Of a stretch of DNA of 64,000 nt, positions 18,501 through 27,082 are shown piece by piece. The translations under genes and the position numbers were made by a program. The notes under the pieces were generated by a model that ran no database searches, had not been told where the DNA came from, and saw only the letters and a program-made list of their open reading frames with translations. Within the stretch, counting starts at the first letter, position 1. The number at the start of each line of letters is the position of its first letter. The DNA is from a virus (lineage: Duplodnaviria > Caudoviricetes), in the IMG/VR virus record IMGVR_UViG_3300012665_000817, positions 1 to 64,000 of that record; one strand, written 5' to 3'.

Positions 18501-20252
18501 ACAGAGTGGTTTAACGACCCACAACTTAAGGGACCTACACCTCTTACTGTAGAAGATGATGGCCGAGTATTCGGACACATTGCTGCATGGCACGTCGACC
18601 ATATCGGTATGACAGCAGGAACTAAACCTCCTCGTAGCCGTAGCAAATATGCCTACTTCCATACTGGAGTAGTTCGCACTGACAACGGAACAGATGTTCC
18701 TGTCGGACAATTAACTCTTGCGGGGGGACACGCTGGACTAGAAGCATCAGCTTCCGAAGCAGTTCGTCATTATGACGACACAGCATCTGCTATTGCAGAT
18801 GTCCATGCTGGAGAAGATGCTTATGGTATTTGGGTAGCTGGATCAGTTCGTCCAGGATCAACCCCAGAACAAATCCGTGCACTTCGTGCATCAGCACCAT
18901 CAGGTGACTGGCGCCCAATTAAGAATTCCCTAGAACTAGTTGCCGTATGTCAGGTAAATGTTCCAGGATTCCCAATCGCTCGTGCTCGTGTTGCATCAGG
19001 TCAGGTAATGGCTTTGGTTGCAGCAGGTGCAAGCACCTTGGCTATGCTCAAGCACGATCCACTTGAAGAACTCAATGCTCGCATTGCAGATCTTGAAGGA
19101 GATAAGAAGATGGCGCTAGTTGCTTCTGCTAACGATGTTCGTGCTCGCTTTGAGACAAATCGTATGGAAGTTCTTGCTGCTAAGAAGTTAGAGCTTGCTG
19201 CAAAAATCAAAAAAGTCAAGGAAGATGTAGATCAAGACATCGACTACATGACTCAAAATTTTGATGAGAACCCAGAGACAGAACTTGCTGTTATCTCCCG
19301 CCGTGTTCGTGAGCGCCTAGCTAAAGAAGGTAAGGCTCTAGATGACGGTTCATTCCCAATCAGAAATGCTGGGGATCTAAAGAATGCAATTCAGGCTTAT
19401 GGCCGTGCAAAGCCAGGAAGCCGTGGCAAGGTAAAGCGCCATATTATGAAGCGTGCTATTGGTCTTGGTAGAGAAGAACTTATTCCAGAGAACTGGAAGG
19501 GTGCTGCTTCAAACCTAGATGAGATTGTTGCTTCAATGAAGTCTCGTACTGAAGAGTACGGAACTCGTCTTGGAGCAGAATTTGCAACCAATTCTGAAGC
19601 ACTTTTTGCAGACAAGGCAACAGAGGATTTAAAGGATTTAACCCCTGAAGAGGTTGAAGTTTTGAAGCAAGAAGCCAAGGCTCGTGAAGAGGGTAGAGCA
19701 ACTGATGGTGAAGCACCTCCAGAGAGAGATGCTGATGGCCGTGTTAAATACACCGCCGAAACTCAACCTCGTGATGCAACTGGAAAGTTTAGAACAGTTC
19801 TAGCCCGTATCAAGCAAGATCTAGGAACCTCTGGTCTTCAGAATGTTCTTGACAAGGTTAAAGAGGCAGAGAACTTCGATAGCACTGGAGACTACGCTGG
19901 AGCAGCCAAAGCAGCCACAGAATTGATCGGGATTATTGACCGATTGGACTCTGGAGCGCTAAATGCTGAATCTTTAGAGAACGTTCGCAATAGCGCAGGT
20001 GAGCTTGGAAAGGTTATTGCTAACCTCCCGTTTGCCTTTGGTGAGGAAGCACAGAAGATTCGTTTCTCAGATGTTCCACCAGCTCTCCGTGACCTTATGG
20101 AAGATATGATCACAAAGGTAGAGGCAAAGATTGGCAAGGAAGATGCCGATGTAGCTACTGCCGAACTCAAGAAATTCATCTCAGGAAGTGAGCTCTACAA
20201 CCAATCAGAGATCTCATCCCAGATGGCAAAGCTTCTTAGGTTACTTACCTAA
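15501..20252 (+). CDS. multidomain capsid maturation (prohead) protease
   Basis: Core protease fold LVIPEG.ESGDGR...LPLLWQ...GHDGSVVVG...RGVSADLD...AVTIVPKPAF. Also LRRYWT..GAAKIRW.TPGD.TRC and GRVFGHIAAW domains typical of actinophage proteases, and a DUF6582-like GSFPIRNA.DL.NAI.AYGRA domain. Directly precedes the capsid gene. Confidence 0.85.
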   Translation: MMEFIGRNGTRALFVSDDKGVVVDDSVNIVTALDIKEPLIASFEWDSKGARPTDTAVELAAAALTSLDIKVFSNNDRMYTIPDSVIAEAKRGLAWRKEEDRGGTSVGMNTARTLARGGQIGIRKVRHIAKYFPRHQVDKKGTGYKPGQKNYPSNGRIAWALWGGDAAERWASAIVERENKAAKSNAMLAYGYESYEHEMPKAVDYDSFITSKTMPEDNVIEFFVRIRMDGSGIDRLYRIEPNGLMYVWDDGNWDDMGNPDNDHHSYDKMLDDIEDTVPKTHMPVDTETALLIAALLDNEPLIAHRIDKLQPEEHKMIVDARPELDWELMNEIIMPDEEASMWDYDDSLTAAGEAPSDNDGNYTPEERSANAGAQLRDKTGKFAKMGGRVVIGGRPNYQGNIRSIDNATGNVKVELDNGNMIDVNAKLTEPLDTYTPIPQGFAETELDTSGILGEPRTPMDSPIRMPGTLPPLNAQNLNSMLTNYPQWVADQRLSPDTAESTATSATPGVAEKPPARSADPLAKYYPQAMKQPTKSVNAYNIPTLKRWLEADKNGLRTATPFQDPADTKKYIDAKGAQSPFLDKKGRPLKASVESPVNMTPETSDVPIVHMAVVSPDDPQAVMDLVALVPSTDVSTTPTTFTRKDGKWVPEPQILSDLRSATPPPVVVLDDTNLLDVLEQVDGKKSVTAAGGLDRNKGQAEKLRRYWTYGKGAAKIRWKTPGDWTRCYKQLAKYMGPRAKGYCALRHKEMNGYWPGDRKNDRKSDFSVNTMHSYDELLSTFVMRAKAADAKARVLTAGAYETNETAKSQGAEFLIPLVIPEGMESGDGRIMRKGALDMRELPLPLLWQIKTGEGHDGSVVVGQITSMERTDEGIGNAKGHFDTGEYGKEAERLVRGGFIRGVSADLDQFEADDERKDDENGSDTKVDAGKITITKARVMAVTIVPKPAFQECTIQLASEANVEEDEVNIPDGVYVEGVNALEASALVACGMIAGAIPVTPPTEWFNDPQLKGPTPLTVEDDGRVFGHIAAWHVDHIGMTAGTKPPRSRSKYAYFHTGVVRTDNGTDVPVGQLTLAGGHAGLEASASEAVRHYDDTASAIADVHAGEDAYGIWVAGSVRPGSTPEQIRALRASAPSGDWRPIKNSLELVAVCQVNVPGFPIARARVASGQVMALVAAGASTLAMLKHDPLEELNARIADLEGDKKMALVASANDVRARFETNRMEVLAAKKLELAAKIKKVKEDVDQDIDYMTQNFDENPETELAVISRRVRERLAKEGKALDDGSFPIRNAGDLKNAIQAYGRAKPGSRGKVKRHIMKRAIGLGREELIPENWKGAASNLDEIVASMKSRTEEYGTRLGAEFATNSEALFADKATEDLKDLTPEEVEVLKQEAKAREEGRATDGEAPPERDADGRVKYTAETQPRDATGKFRTVLARIKQDLGTSGLQNVLDKVKEAENFDSTGDYAGAAKAATELIGIIDRLDSGALNAESLENVRNSAGELGKVIANLPFAFGEEAQKIRFSDVPPALRDLMEDMITKVEAKIGKEDADVATAELKKFISGSELYNQSEISSQMAKLLRLLT

Positions 20253-20307
20253 GTTGATCAAAAACCGTACAAATAACTAAATAAGAAGTAATGTAATATA
20301 TAACTAG

Positions 20308-20413
20308 GTGGAGTGCCTCCACGCATCTAATGCGTCTGTGAGTCCCTCGGCCTTTGACTGATAAGCGAGACAGGTTATTAGTGCCTGTCGCAACTGACCC
20401 GGAGGAGGGACAG
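20308..20413 (+). promoter_or_regulatory. structured 5' leader of the major capsid gene; pairing covers the Shine-Dalgarno
   Basis: Hairpins GTGGAG/CTCCAC (20308-20322), ACGCAT/ATGCGT (20321-20335) and GACAGG/CCTGTC (20369-20389), plus long-range GTCCCTC (20342-48) with GAGGGAC (20405-11). Preceded by an AT-rich stretch with TAATAT/TATAAC. Confidence 0.55.
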
Positions 20414-20414
20414 T

Positions 20415-22508
20415 ATGGACCAAATCAAAGACATGATGGACCAGTTAGCAGATCTCGATAGCGATCAAGTTACCGACCTGCAAAACTCGATCATCAAGGA
20501 ATTTGAGTCCGTTGAGAAAGAAGATCCAACTCCCCAGACAGTTGACGCAATGTCGTCATTAGCCGACATGCTTGACACCGTTCGTGGTGAATTCAAGCGA
20601 CGTGAGGCAGCAGCACAGGAGCTCGCACAACGAGCAGCCGAGGCAGCTTCTCGTGTATATGGCAATGACGGAGAAAAGGATATGGAATCCGATTCCGAGA
20701 AGAAGGAAGAAATGCCAGCAGAAACTGAAGCAATGGCAGAGATGCCAGTTGAAGAAGAGAAGCCAGCAGATGCACCTTCTGAGGAAGTTCCCGCAGCTGA
20801 AGCTCCTGTAGCAGAAGAAATGCCAGCAGAAGAAGAAGCACCATCAGAAGCGATGGACGAGGAAAAGAAAAAGGAAGAGGAAAAAATGTCTGAAGCGTCA
20901 ACCGAAGCGGATAAGACCGCAGAGTTCTCAACAGAATCAAATATTACCGAAGCTGCAGCCGTAGCCGAGGATGCTGTTGTTGCAGATGGCTCAGAGCCAG
21001 AAGCAGCAGCAGAAGCAGAAGTTGTTGCAGAAGCAGCAGCAGAAGCAGAAGAAGCTCCAGTAGCAGATGAAGCAGTAGCAGAAGCAGTTGTAGCAGATGA
21101 AGCAGTAGCTTCAGATGAAGCAGCAGCAGTTGCTGATGTTGCAGATGGTGCAGAAGCTTCAGTAGTAGCAACAGAAGAAATACTAACTGAGTCAACGACT
21201 CAAGAAACTATGGAGGCACCCGTGACTGCAAGCGCAGATAACCTCAACATTGAGGTCCCGGCTGATCGTCGTCCTATCACAGAGACTTCTGCCGCAGCTG
21301 TGGCAATCACAGCGGGCGCAGACATTCCTGGATATACGGCTGGAAGCTCAATGGACTCAATGTCCGATGTATCAGTAGCGATGGAAAAGCGTCTACACGC
21401 TCTTCGTCGTGTTAATGGTGGAGATGGAGAGCAGCACATCGTTGCTTCTATCACTACACAGTACCCAGAAGGCCGCACCCTTACACAGGATGCAGAGTCA
21501 AACTGGGCAAAGGTTCAGGCTGTAACTGGTCCAGAAGCACTTGTTGCTTCAGGTGGCCACTCAGCACCATTCGAAGTTAAGTACGACATCTTTGGACTTG
21601 GCACAACTGCTCGTCCACTTCGTGACGCACTTCCTCGTTTCCAGGCAGATCGTGGCGGTATCCGCTTCGTAACTCCACCAGTACTTAGCTCATACGCTAA
21701 CGCTGTTGGTATCTGGACTGCAGCAAACGACTCAGCAGAGACACCAAGCCCAGCTTCAAAGCTTAGCTTGACAGTTGCTGCTGCTTCAGAGACAACAGTT
21801 GCTACTGATGCTGTAACACTACAGCTACAGTTCGGTAACTTGATGTCTCGTGCATATCCTGAATTGATCGCTCGCCACAACGAGCTTGGTCTTATTCAGC
21901 ACGCTCGTGAAGCAGAAGGTCAGATCTTGACTCGTCTAACTGCTCTTTCAACAGCAGTTACATCAACTTCACTAATCGGTGTAGCTCGTGACTTCCTAGT
22001 ACAACTAGGTCGTGCAGCAGCTAACTACCGTGGCCGTCATCGTCTAGAAGCAGATGCACCACTTCGTGTCATTGCCCCAGTTTGGGTCAAGGATGCTATG
22101 GCTGCAGATCTAGCTCTTGCAATGCCTGGCGATTCAACACTAAACGCTTACGCAGAAATCGAAGGCTTCATTGCTTCTCGTGGCATCAACGTCACATGGC
22201 ACATCGATGACTTCACAGATGCACAGGGCGCTTCTGCAATGAACGAGTTCGCAGATACATTCGTTTGGTACCTCTTCGCTGAAGGAACATTCTTGTTCCT
22301 TGATGGCGGAACTTTGGACCTCGGTGTTATCCGTGACTCTACCCTCGTTGGCACAAACGACTACAAGATGTTCGTTGAAACCTTCGAAGGTGTTGCAAAG
22401 ATTGGCGTTGAGTCACTCAAGGTCACATCAACCATCTCAGTGAACGGTGTAGCAGCAGCTCTCCGTGACACAACAGGTGGCGCAACAGCTGCGGCTATCG
22501 AGTACTAA
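20415..22508 (+). CDS. major capsid (hexamer-type) protein with fused N-terminal acidic scaffold region
   Basis: N-terminal helical region and long E/A-rich linker, then ALVASGG.SAP, FQADRGGIRF, and FLFLDGGTLDLGVIRDS..V.TNDY.MF.E.FEG.AK, as in Rosebush/cluster-B-type capsid proteins. Confidence 0.85.
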   Translation: MDQIKDMMDQLADLDSDQVTDLQNSIIKEFESVEKEDPTPQTVDAMSSLADMLDTVRGEFKRREAAAQELAQRAAEAASRVYGNDGEKDMESDSEKKEEMPAETEAMAEMPVEEEKPADAPSEEVPAAEAPVAEEMPAEEEAPSEAMDEEKKKEEEKMSEASTEADKTAEFSTESNITEAAAVAEDAVVADGSEPEAAAEAEVVAEAAAEAEEAPVADEAVAEAVVADEAVASDEAAAVADVADGAEASVVATEEILTESTTQETMEAPVTASADNLNIEVPADRRPITETSAAAVAITAGADIPGYTAGSSMDSMSDVSVAMEKRLHALRRVNGGDGEQHIVASITTQYPEGRTLTQDAESNWAKVQAVTGPEALVASGGHSAPFEVKYDIFGLGTTARPLRDALPRFQADRGGIRFVTPPVLSSYANAVGIWTAANDSAETPSPASKLSLTVAAASETTVATDAVTLQLQFGNLMSRAYPELIARHNELGLIQHAREAEGQILTRLTALSTAVTSTSLIGVARDFLVQLGRAAANYRGRHRLEADAPLRVIAPVWVKDAMAADLALAMPGDSTLNAYAEIEGFIASRGINVTWHIDDFTDAQGASAMNEFADTFVWYLFAEGTFLFLDGGTLDLGVIRDSTLVGTNDYKMFVETFEGVAKIGVESLKVTSTISVNGVAAALRDTTGGATAAAIEY

Positions 22509-22576
22509 ACCGTACACGAAACCTATAAGTAGTTAATTACCCGAGTCGACACTCAGAAGAAAAAGGAGAATCAAAA

Positions 22577-23458
22577 ATGGCGTTTAGAGGGATTTATCCA
22601 GCACCAGATTTGACCCCTGCCCCTTGTGGCCTTCTGAGTGTCGCTCGTGTAATGACTCACGGTGGCGCAGAGTATGACGAGCGTTGGGTTCGTGGGTTCT
22701 CCTACGAATTTGACTCTCAACCAGAAGTTGAAATCTTTACAGTAAATGATGAAACAGTAACTGGTGGAGTTATCGGCACTTCTTCACTCCCACAGTTCAA
22801 AGAGTACGATCCGTTCTTTATCCAAGTAACAGACACTCGATCAGCGTTTGGTTTGACTGGAGAAGATCGTTTTAAGGTCGCTATCAAGCAACTTGAAGTA
22901 GCGTCACAGAAGGCAGTAGAGCGTGAGCTTTGGGAAGGCGTCGCAGCACTAGCCGAAACTAATGGGAATGACTTTTTAAGAGAATCAGGAGCAGCAACCG
23001 TAGTAAACAGCGGTGCTCTAGCTCCAGCAACAGCCCTAATGCTGTTGGAACAAGCGATTTCTAGCTCACCTGCAGGTATCAATGGAGTCATCCATATGAC
23101 TCGTGATGTGGCATCCATCCTTGGATCACGCCTCATCTACTCACCAGCAGATGGCGGAAAAACAGGCAAGGCTATGACTCGTTTAGGTACAGAGGTAGTT
23201 ATTGGTTCTGGTTACACAGGTGCTGGTCGTATTAACGACTCGAACACCACAGCATCTGCTTCAAACAAGTGGATGTTTGCAACTGGACCTATTGACGTAC
23301 ATCTAAGCAAGCCTGAAGTTGTAAACGAAAACCTTGGACAAGGATTTACAGTAAGCACCAACACTAATGACCTTACAGTCAAAGCGGTTCGTGCAGCTGC
23401 GGTATACTTTGATCCATCGATTCACTACACAGTACGACTAGCACTACCAACCACCTAA
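22577..23458 (+). CDS. second capsid protein (major capsid pentamer-type)
   Basis: 293 aa right after the capsid gene. P.CGLLSVA, GVIHMTR, TRLGT.VVIG.GY and WMFATG motifs match the pentamer protein position and family in cluster-B-like actinophages. Confidence 0.65.
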   Translation: MAFRGIYPAPDLTPAPCGLLSVARVMTHGGAEYDERWVRGFSYEFDSQPEVEIFTVNDETVTGGVIGTSSLPQFKEYDPFFIQVTDTRSAFGLTGEDRFKVAIKQLEVASQKAVERELWEGVAALAETNGNDFLRESGAATVVNSGALAPATALMLLEQAISSSPAGINGVIHMTRDVASILGSRLIYSPADGGKTGKAMTRLGTEVVIGSGYTGAGRINDSNTTASASNKWMFATGPIDVHLSKPEVVNENLGQGFTVSTNTNDLTVKAVRAAAVYFDPSIHYTVRLALPTT

Positions 23459-23486
23459 GCAAAAACAATAGAAGGAGAACACTGGA

Positions 23487-24533
23487 ATGGCCACTCAAGA
23501 ATACGCGGCTAGCGTCCAAGGTGTGTCGATCCGAGTCACCAGACTGGACGCCGCTGGCAACTTGCTCAATGGAGCAGGAGACAGCTACACAACTTCGGCG
23601 TTCCTCCGCACATCTTTTACACCTGAATACGAAGAGGGTGACGAAATTGTAGAGAAGTCAGCTGACGGCACTGTATGCGTGTCATACAAAGCCCCTGACA
23701 CTCTAAAGCGCATTACAATGGAACTCGCAATTTGCGAACCAGATACAGAACTTTCACAGCTAATCTCAGGCGGTTTGTTGCTTCGTAAGAACTTCGGTTC
23801 ATACGCATCACCAAACAACAAGTCTGTAGGTTGGGCTGCACCATCTGTTGGCGATGACCCAACAGGTAACGGCGTGGCACTAGAAGTTTGGTCATTTGCT
23901 GTTGCAGACGGACGTCGTGCAGCAACAAACCCTTACTTCCACTGGGTATTCCCATACGTCAAGCTACGTCAATCAGGTGACCGTGTTATTGAAAACGGCA
24001 TGCTTGCTACAACATTCGAAGGTTACGGCCTTGGAAACATTAACTTCAATTCAGGTCTAGACGGCCGCTGGGAGTTCCCAGTAGCATCTGAGCGTTCATA
24101 CTCATATGCTCGTGCATCATGGGCGCCAACAGGTCTTAAGGGCTTCTACCAATGGTTTGATGAAGCAACTAACACTGTTTCAAACAAGTCTCTAACATCA
24201 AACGTTGCTACTTTGACAACAGGAACCGCACACGGCTTCCTAGCAGGTCAGAGCGTGACTGTAGCTGGCGTGGATAGCACTTTCAACGGTACATACACAA
24301 TCACTGCAGTTCCAACAACAACAACATTCCGTTATGCAAAGACAGCTAACGATGTTGCATCTGCAGCAGTCTCACCAACAGGTACAGTTCTTCGTAACCG
24401 TGGATACCTAGCGGTTTCAGACTTTGCCTCACAAGGATCAACAACAGCATTCAACGTACCAGGTAGCGCAGAGTACAACGCAGATCTACCAGTGGATTAC
24501 ATTGTTGCATCAACTGAGGATCCATCAGCGTAA
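23487..24533 (+). CDS. major tail (tube) protein with C-terminal beta-repeat decoration domain
   Basis: IRVTRLDA.G...EEGDEI.EKSADG.VC...APDTLK...LAICEPD motif, with a C-terminal VATLTT..HGF..GQ.VTV.G....NGTYTIT repeat. Confidence 0.8.
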   Translation: MATQEYAASVQGVSIRVTRLDAAGNLLNGAGDSYTTSAFLRTSFTPEYEEGDEIVEKSADGTVCVSYKAPDTLKRITMELAICEPDTELSQLISGGLLLRKNFGSYASPNNKSVGWAAPSVGDDPTGNGVALEVWSFAVADGRRAATNPYFHWVFPYVKLRQSGDRVIENGMLATTFEGYGLGNINFNSGLDGRWEFPVASERSYSYARASWAPTGLKGFYQWFDEATNTVSNKSLTSNVATLTTGTAHGFLAGQSVTVAGVDSTFNGTYTITAVPTTTTFRYAKTANDVASAAVSPTGTVLRNRGYLAVSDFASQGSTTAFNVPGSAEYNADLPVDYIVASTEDPSA

Positions 24534-24540
24534 TTAAATA

Positions 24541-24602
24541 AATAGGAGGCGGGCAGCGTACCGATGGTATATACCGTTGACACGTTGCCCGCCTTTTCTA
24601 TT
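24541..24602 (+). terminator. long intrinsic terminator-like hairpin after the major tail gene
   Basis: AGGCGGGCAGCGT...ACGTTGCCCGCCT followed by TTTCT, with inner stem CGATGGT/ACCGTTG. Confidence 0.8.
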
Positions 24603-24619
24603 AGAGACGGGAGACAACT

Positions 24620-25753
24620 ATGAGCAATCTATGGGTAACACCAGAAGAACTTGGCGATTACGCTGAATCTGACTATGCCTACGATGCTGCAAAGACTGCT
24701 TCCTACCTCCTATGGGGAATGTCTGGCCGTAAATTTTCAGGGATTACAACTGTTACAGAGCGTTATGTATCTTCATTTGATCCATACCTAAGAACCGCTG
24801 GCTCAGATTTTAACTACGCTCCAGTCCTTGTTGACGGTAACGTAGAAAACGTTCCATATGTAGGATATGGATATGATAAAGATTATCAAGGAGATGGGAC
24901 AACATCTTCATCTCGTCTCCGATTGCGTGGACGCAAGGTTGTAAAAGTCCACACCGTTAGAAACCTAGACGGAGAGATTGTTGACCCAAGTAAATACTAT
25001 CTTGCAGACCACTCGACTCTTATAGGTGTTTCAGGATCTAGTTGGTTCTCATCTCGTGTCGAGGTCACATACACCTACGGAAGCCCTCCACCAACGGCTG
25101 GAAGAGCCGCTGCCCGTGTTTTAGCAACCGAACTAGTAAAACTATACGAAGGTGACGATACCTGCGCCCTACCGCAACGTGTGACCTCTATATCTCGTCA
25201 AGGTGTCTCGTATACTCTTCTTGACAGCCAAGATTTTATTGATGAACTCCGCACTGGCATCTATGCCATTGATCTATTTCTCAAGACAGCTAACCCAGAC
25301 AAGGCTCGTGCCCGTTCTCGTGTCTTCTCCCCAGATATGCCTCGTGCTCGCCGCATTACTGGCGCATCTCCTCTCTACCCTCTTAGTGCTAACGATCTTT
25401 ACGTTGGTGCAGATGGAACATCAAATATTTATTATTTCTCAGAGATTGCAGCCGAGTTTATTGATGGAGATAACGCTTGGACAATCCTGACTAATGTTTC
25501 AGATATTAATAACAACACAACAACTGAAATTCCTAACGCTGCTGTAATTGACCGTGTAGAAAATACGATCAGAGTAAGCGCTACATTTACACAAATTAAT
25601 TCTATTATAGGTCCTCGTGATCCAGGAGTCTTGGACCTTTACGCAGTTAGACCAAGTCTTGGAAACCCAGCAGTAAATGAAGTTGTTCACTTAGTCTCCA
25701 GTAACGTCATCGTTCAGCTGGGGGAAAGAACAGTTCCAATCTATACTGTGTAA
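24620..25753 (+). CDS. head-to-tail adaptor
   Basis: A..AS.LLW.MSGRKF, TYTYG..PP.AG..AA..LA.EL and C.LPQRVTSISRQGVS motifs of actinophage adaptors, plus gene position. Confidence 0.7.
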   Translation: MSNLWVTPEELGDYAESDYAYDAAKTASYLLWGMSGRKFSGITTVTERYVSSFDPYLRTAGSDFNYAPVLVDGNVENVPYVGYGYDKDYQGDGTTSSSRLRLRGRKVVKVHTVRNLDGEIVDPSKYYLADHSTLIGVSGSSWFSSRVEVTYTYGSPPPTAGRAAARVLATELVKLYEGDDTCALPQRVTSISRQGVSYTLLDSQDFIDELRTGIYAIDLFLKTANPDKARARSRVFSPDMPRARRITGASPLYPLSANDLYVGADGTSNIYYFSEIAAEFIDGDNAWTILTNVSDINNNTTTEIPNAAVIDRVENTIRVSATFTQINSIIGPRDPGVLDLYAVRPSLGNPAVNEVVHLVSSNVIVQLGERTVPIYTV

Positions 25754-25781
25754 TACGACAACCTAAAGACAAGAGGACACT

Positions 25782-26291
25782 ATGGCTACACCTATTAATA
25801 CAGCAACTGTAGATGACTCAGCTAAAAATCTAGCTGCACTTATGCAAGGAGTTCTTGACTCCGTTATTAGTACATATGCATCATACACAATGCCTCTACC
25901 AGGTCGTAGATATTGGACTCTTGGGAACCCTTCTGTTGATTGTGAACAAGTTGTAGTTTCTCTACTTCAAATGTATATCGGCTCTCCTGGAGATGAAGCA
26001 ACTGATCCTCGTAGATGTAACGATCCACGCAGCGCAACTTTACTTGTTTCTGTATCTAGAGAAGTACCTACAGTTTCTATAAACGGTAAAGCTCCATCAG
26101 CAGATGATATTCAAGCTTTCTCGGAAATCTCTGCATATGATGCATGGATTCTTTTAGATAGCTCGCGGGCTTTAGACCAGTGGGCAACAGGTGGTTCTTT
26201 TGGTTTGGGAGTGATTGCAACTGTGGAGACCAATGCTCCTGAAGGTGGATTTCAAACCGTGACCATGACAATCACTGTAGCGGTCCCATAA
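25782..26291 (+). CDS. head-tail connector / tail terminator-like protein
   Basis: Size and position between adaptor and tail assembly chaperone; DCEQVVV and PEGG motifs. Confidence 0.5.
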   Translation: MATPINTATVDDSAKNLAALMQGVLDSVISTYASYTMPLPGRRYWTLGNPSVDCEQVVVSLLQMYIGSPGDEATDPRRCNDPRSATLLVSVSREVPTVSINGKAPSADDIQAFSEISAYDAWILLDSSRALDQWATGGSFGLGVIATVETNAPEGGFQTVTMTITVAVP

Positions 26292-26680
26292 TGGCTAATG
26301 TAAGAATTAATTGGTTTGAAGCTCCTCTAGATAGACTATTAAATCAACCTGGTGGAGAAGTCGGTAAATATTTACAAATAAAGGGAAATGAAATTCTTGC
26401 TTCTGCTCGAACAAGAGTCGGAGTGAGGACAGGAAGGTTAAGAGCCTCCCTACATATGAGACATATGAGAGATGCCAGAGGTCAATACCTTTGGATTGGA
26501 TCAGATGTTTCCTATGCTTTGGACCATCACGAAGGCACAAAACCTCATGTGATAACTCCAAAAACTGGAAAAGTTCTTCGTTTTGTCTCAAGAGGAAGAA
26601 TTGTTTACGCACATTCTGTAAAACATCCAGGTACAAGAGCAAACAGATACCTATCTGATGCTTTGAAAGACAAGATATAA
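26291..26680 (+). CDS. HK97 gp10-like tail completion protein
   Basis: VGVRTGRLRAS, YALDHHEGTKPHVITP and V.HPGTRAN.YL.DAL motifs. Confidence 0.7.
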   Translation: MANVRINWFEAPLDRLLNQPGGEVGKYLQIKGNEILASARTRVGVRTGRLRASLHMRHMRDARGQYLWIGSDVSYALDHHEGTKPHVITPKTGKVLRFVSRGRIVYAHSVKHPGTRANRYLSDALKDKI

Positions 26681-26734
26681 TTATCTAACGATAACTACGA
26701 AAGTAGTACGTCAATGACAGAAAAGGAATAATAG

Positions 26735-27082
26735 ATGACAACACGATTTAAAGATTTTGGTGATGGTGGAGTAATCAACTCGGAGCCATTAAATTTTAAA
26801 CTGCACGGTCAAGATTTTGCATGTAAGCCAAACCTTCAAGGAAAAGCACTACTAGATATGGCATCAATGTCATCATCAGCAGACCCTGTTGTTTTGGCTC
26901 AGGGTATTAGTTTGTTCTTCAGCAAAGCACTTCAGGAAGAGAGCTATGCACGATTCCAAACACTACTTGATTCAGACAAAATTGTAACTGTTGAGTCTTT
27001 GGCAGAAATTGCTGGTTGGTTGGTGCAAGAGTATTCAAACCGCCCGAACCAGGGGCCAGAGCAATCTGCGAGTGGGCAATAG
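26735..27082 (+). CDS. tail assembly chaperone (G-like)
   Basis: 115 aa, two genes before the tape measure, SD AAGGA. Confidence 0.7.
   Translation: MTTRFKDFGDGGVINSEPLNFKLHGQDFACKPNLQGKALLDMASMSSSADPVVLAQGISLFFSKALQEESYARFQTLLDSDKIVTVESLAEIAGWLVQEYSNRPNQGPEQSASGQ

Noticed and set aside
20593-21195. Minus-strand Leu-rich ORFs
   Set aside because: They are shadows of the GAA/GCA-rich acidic linker of the capsid gene.
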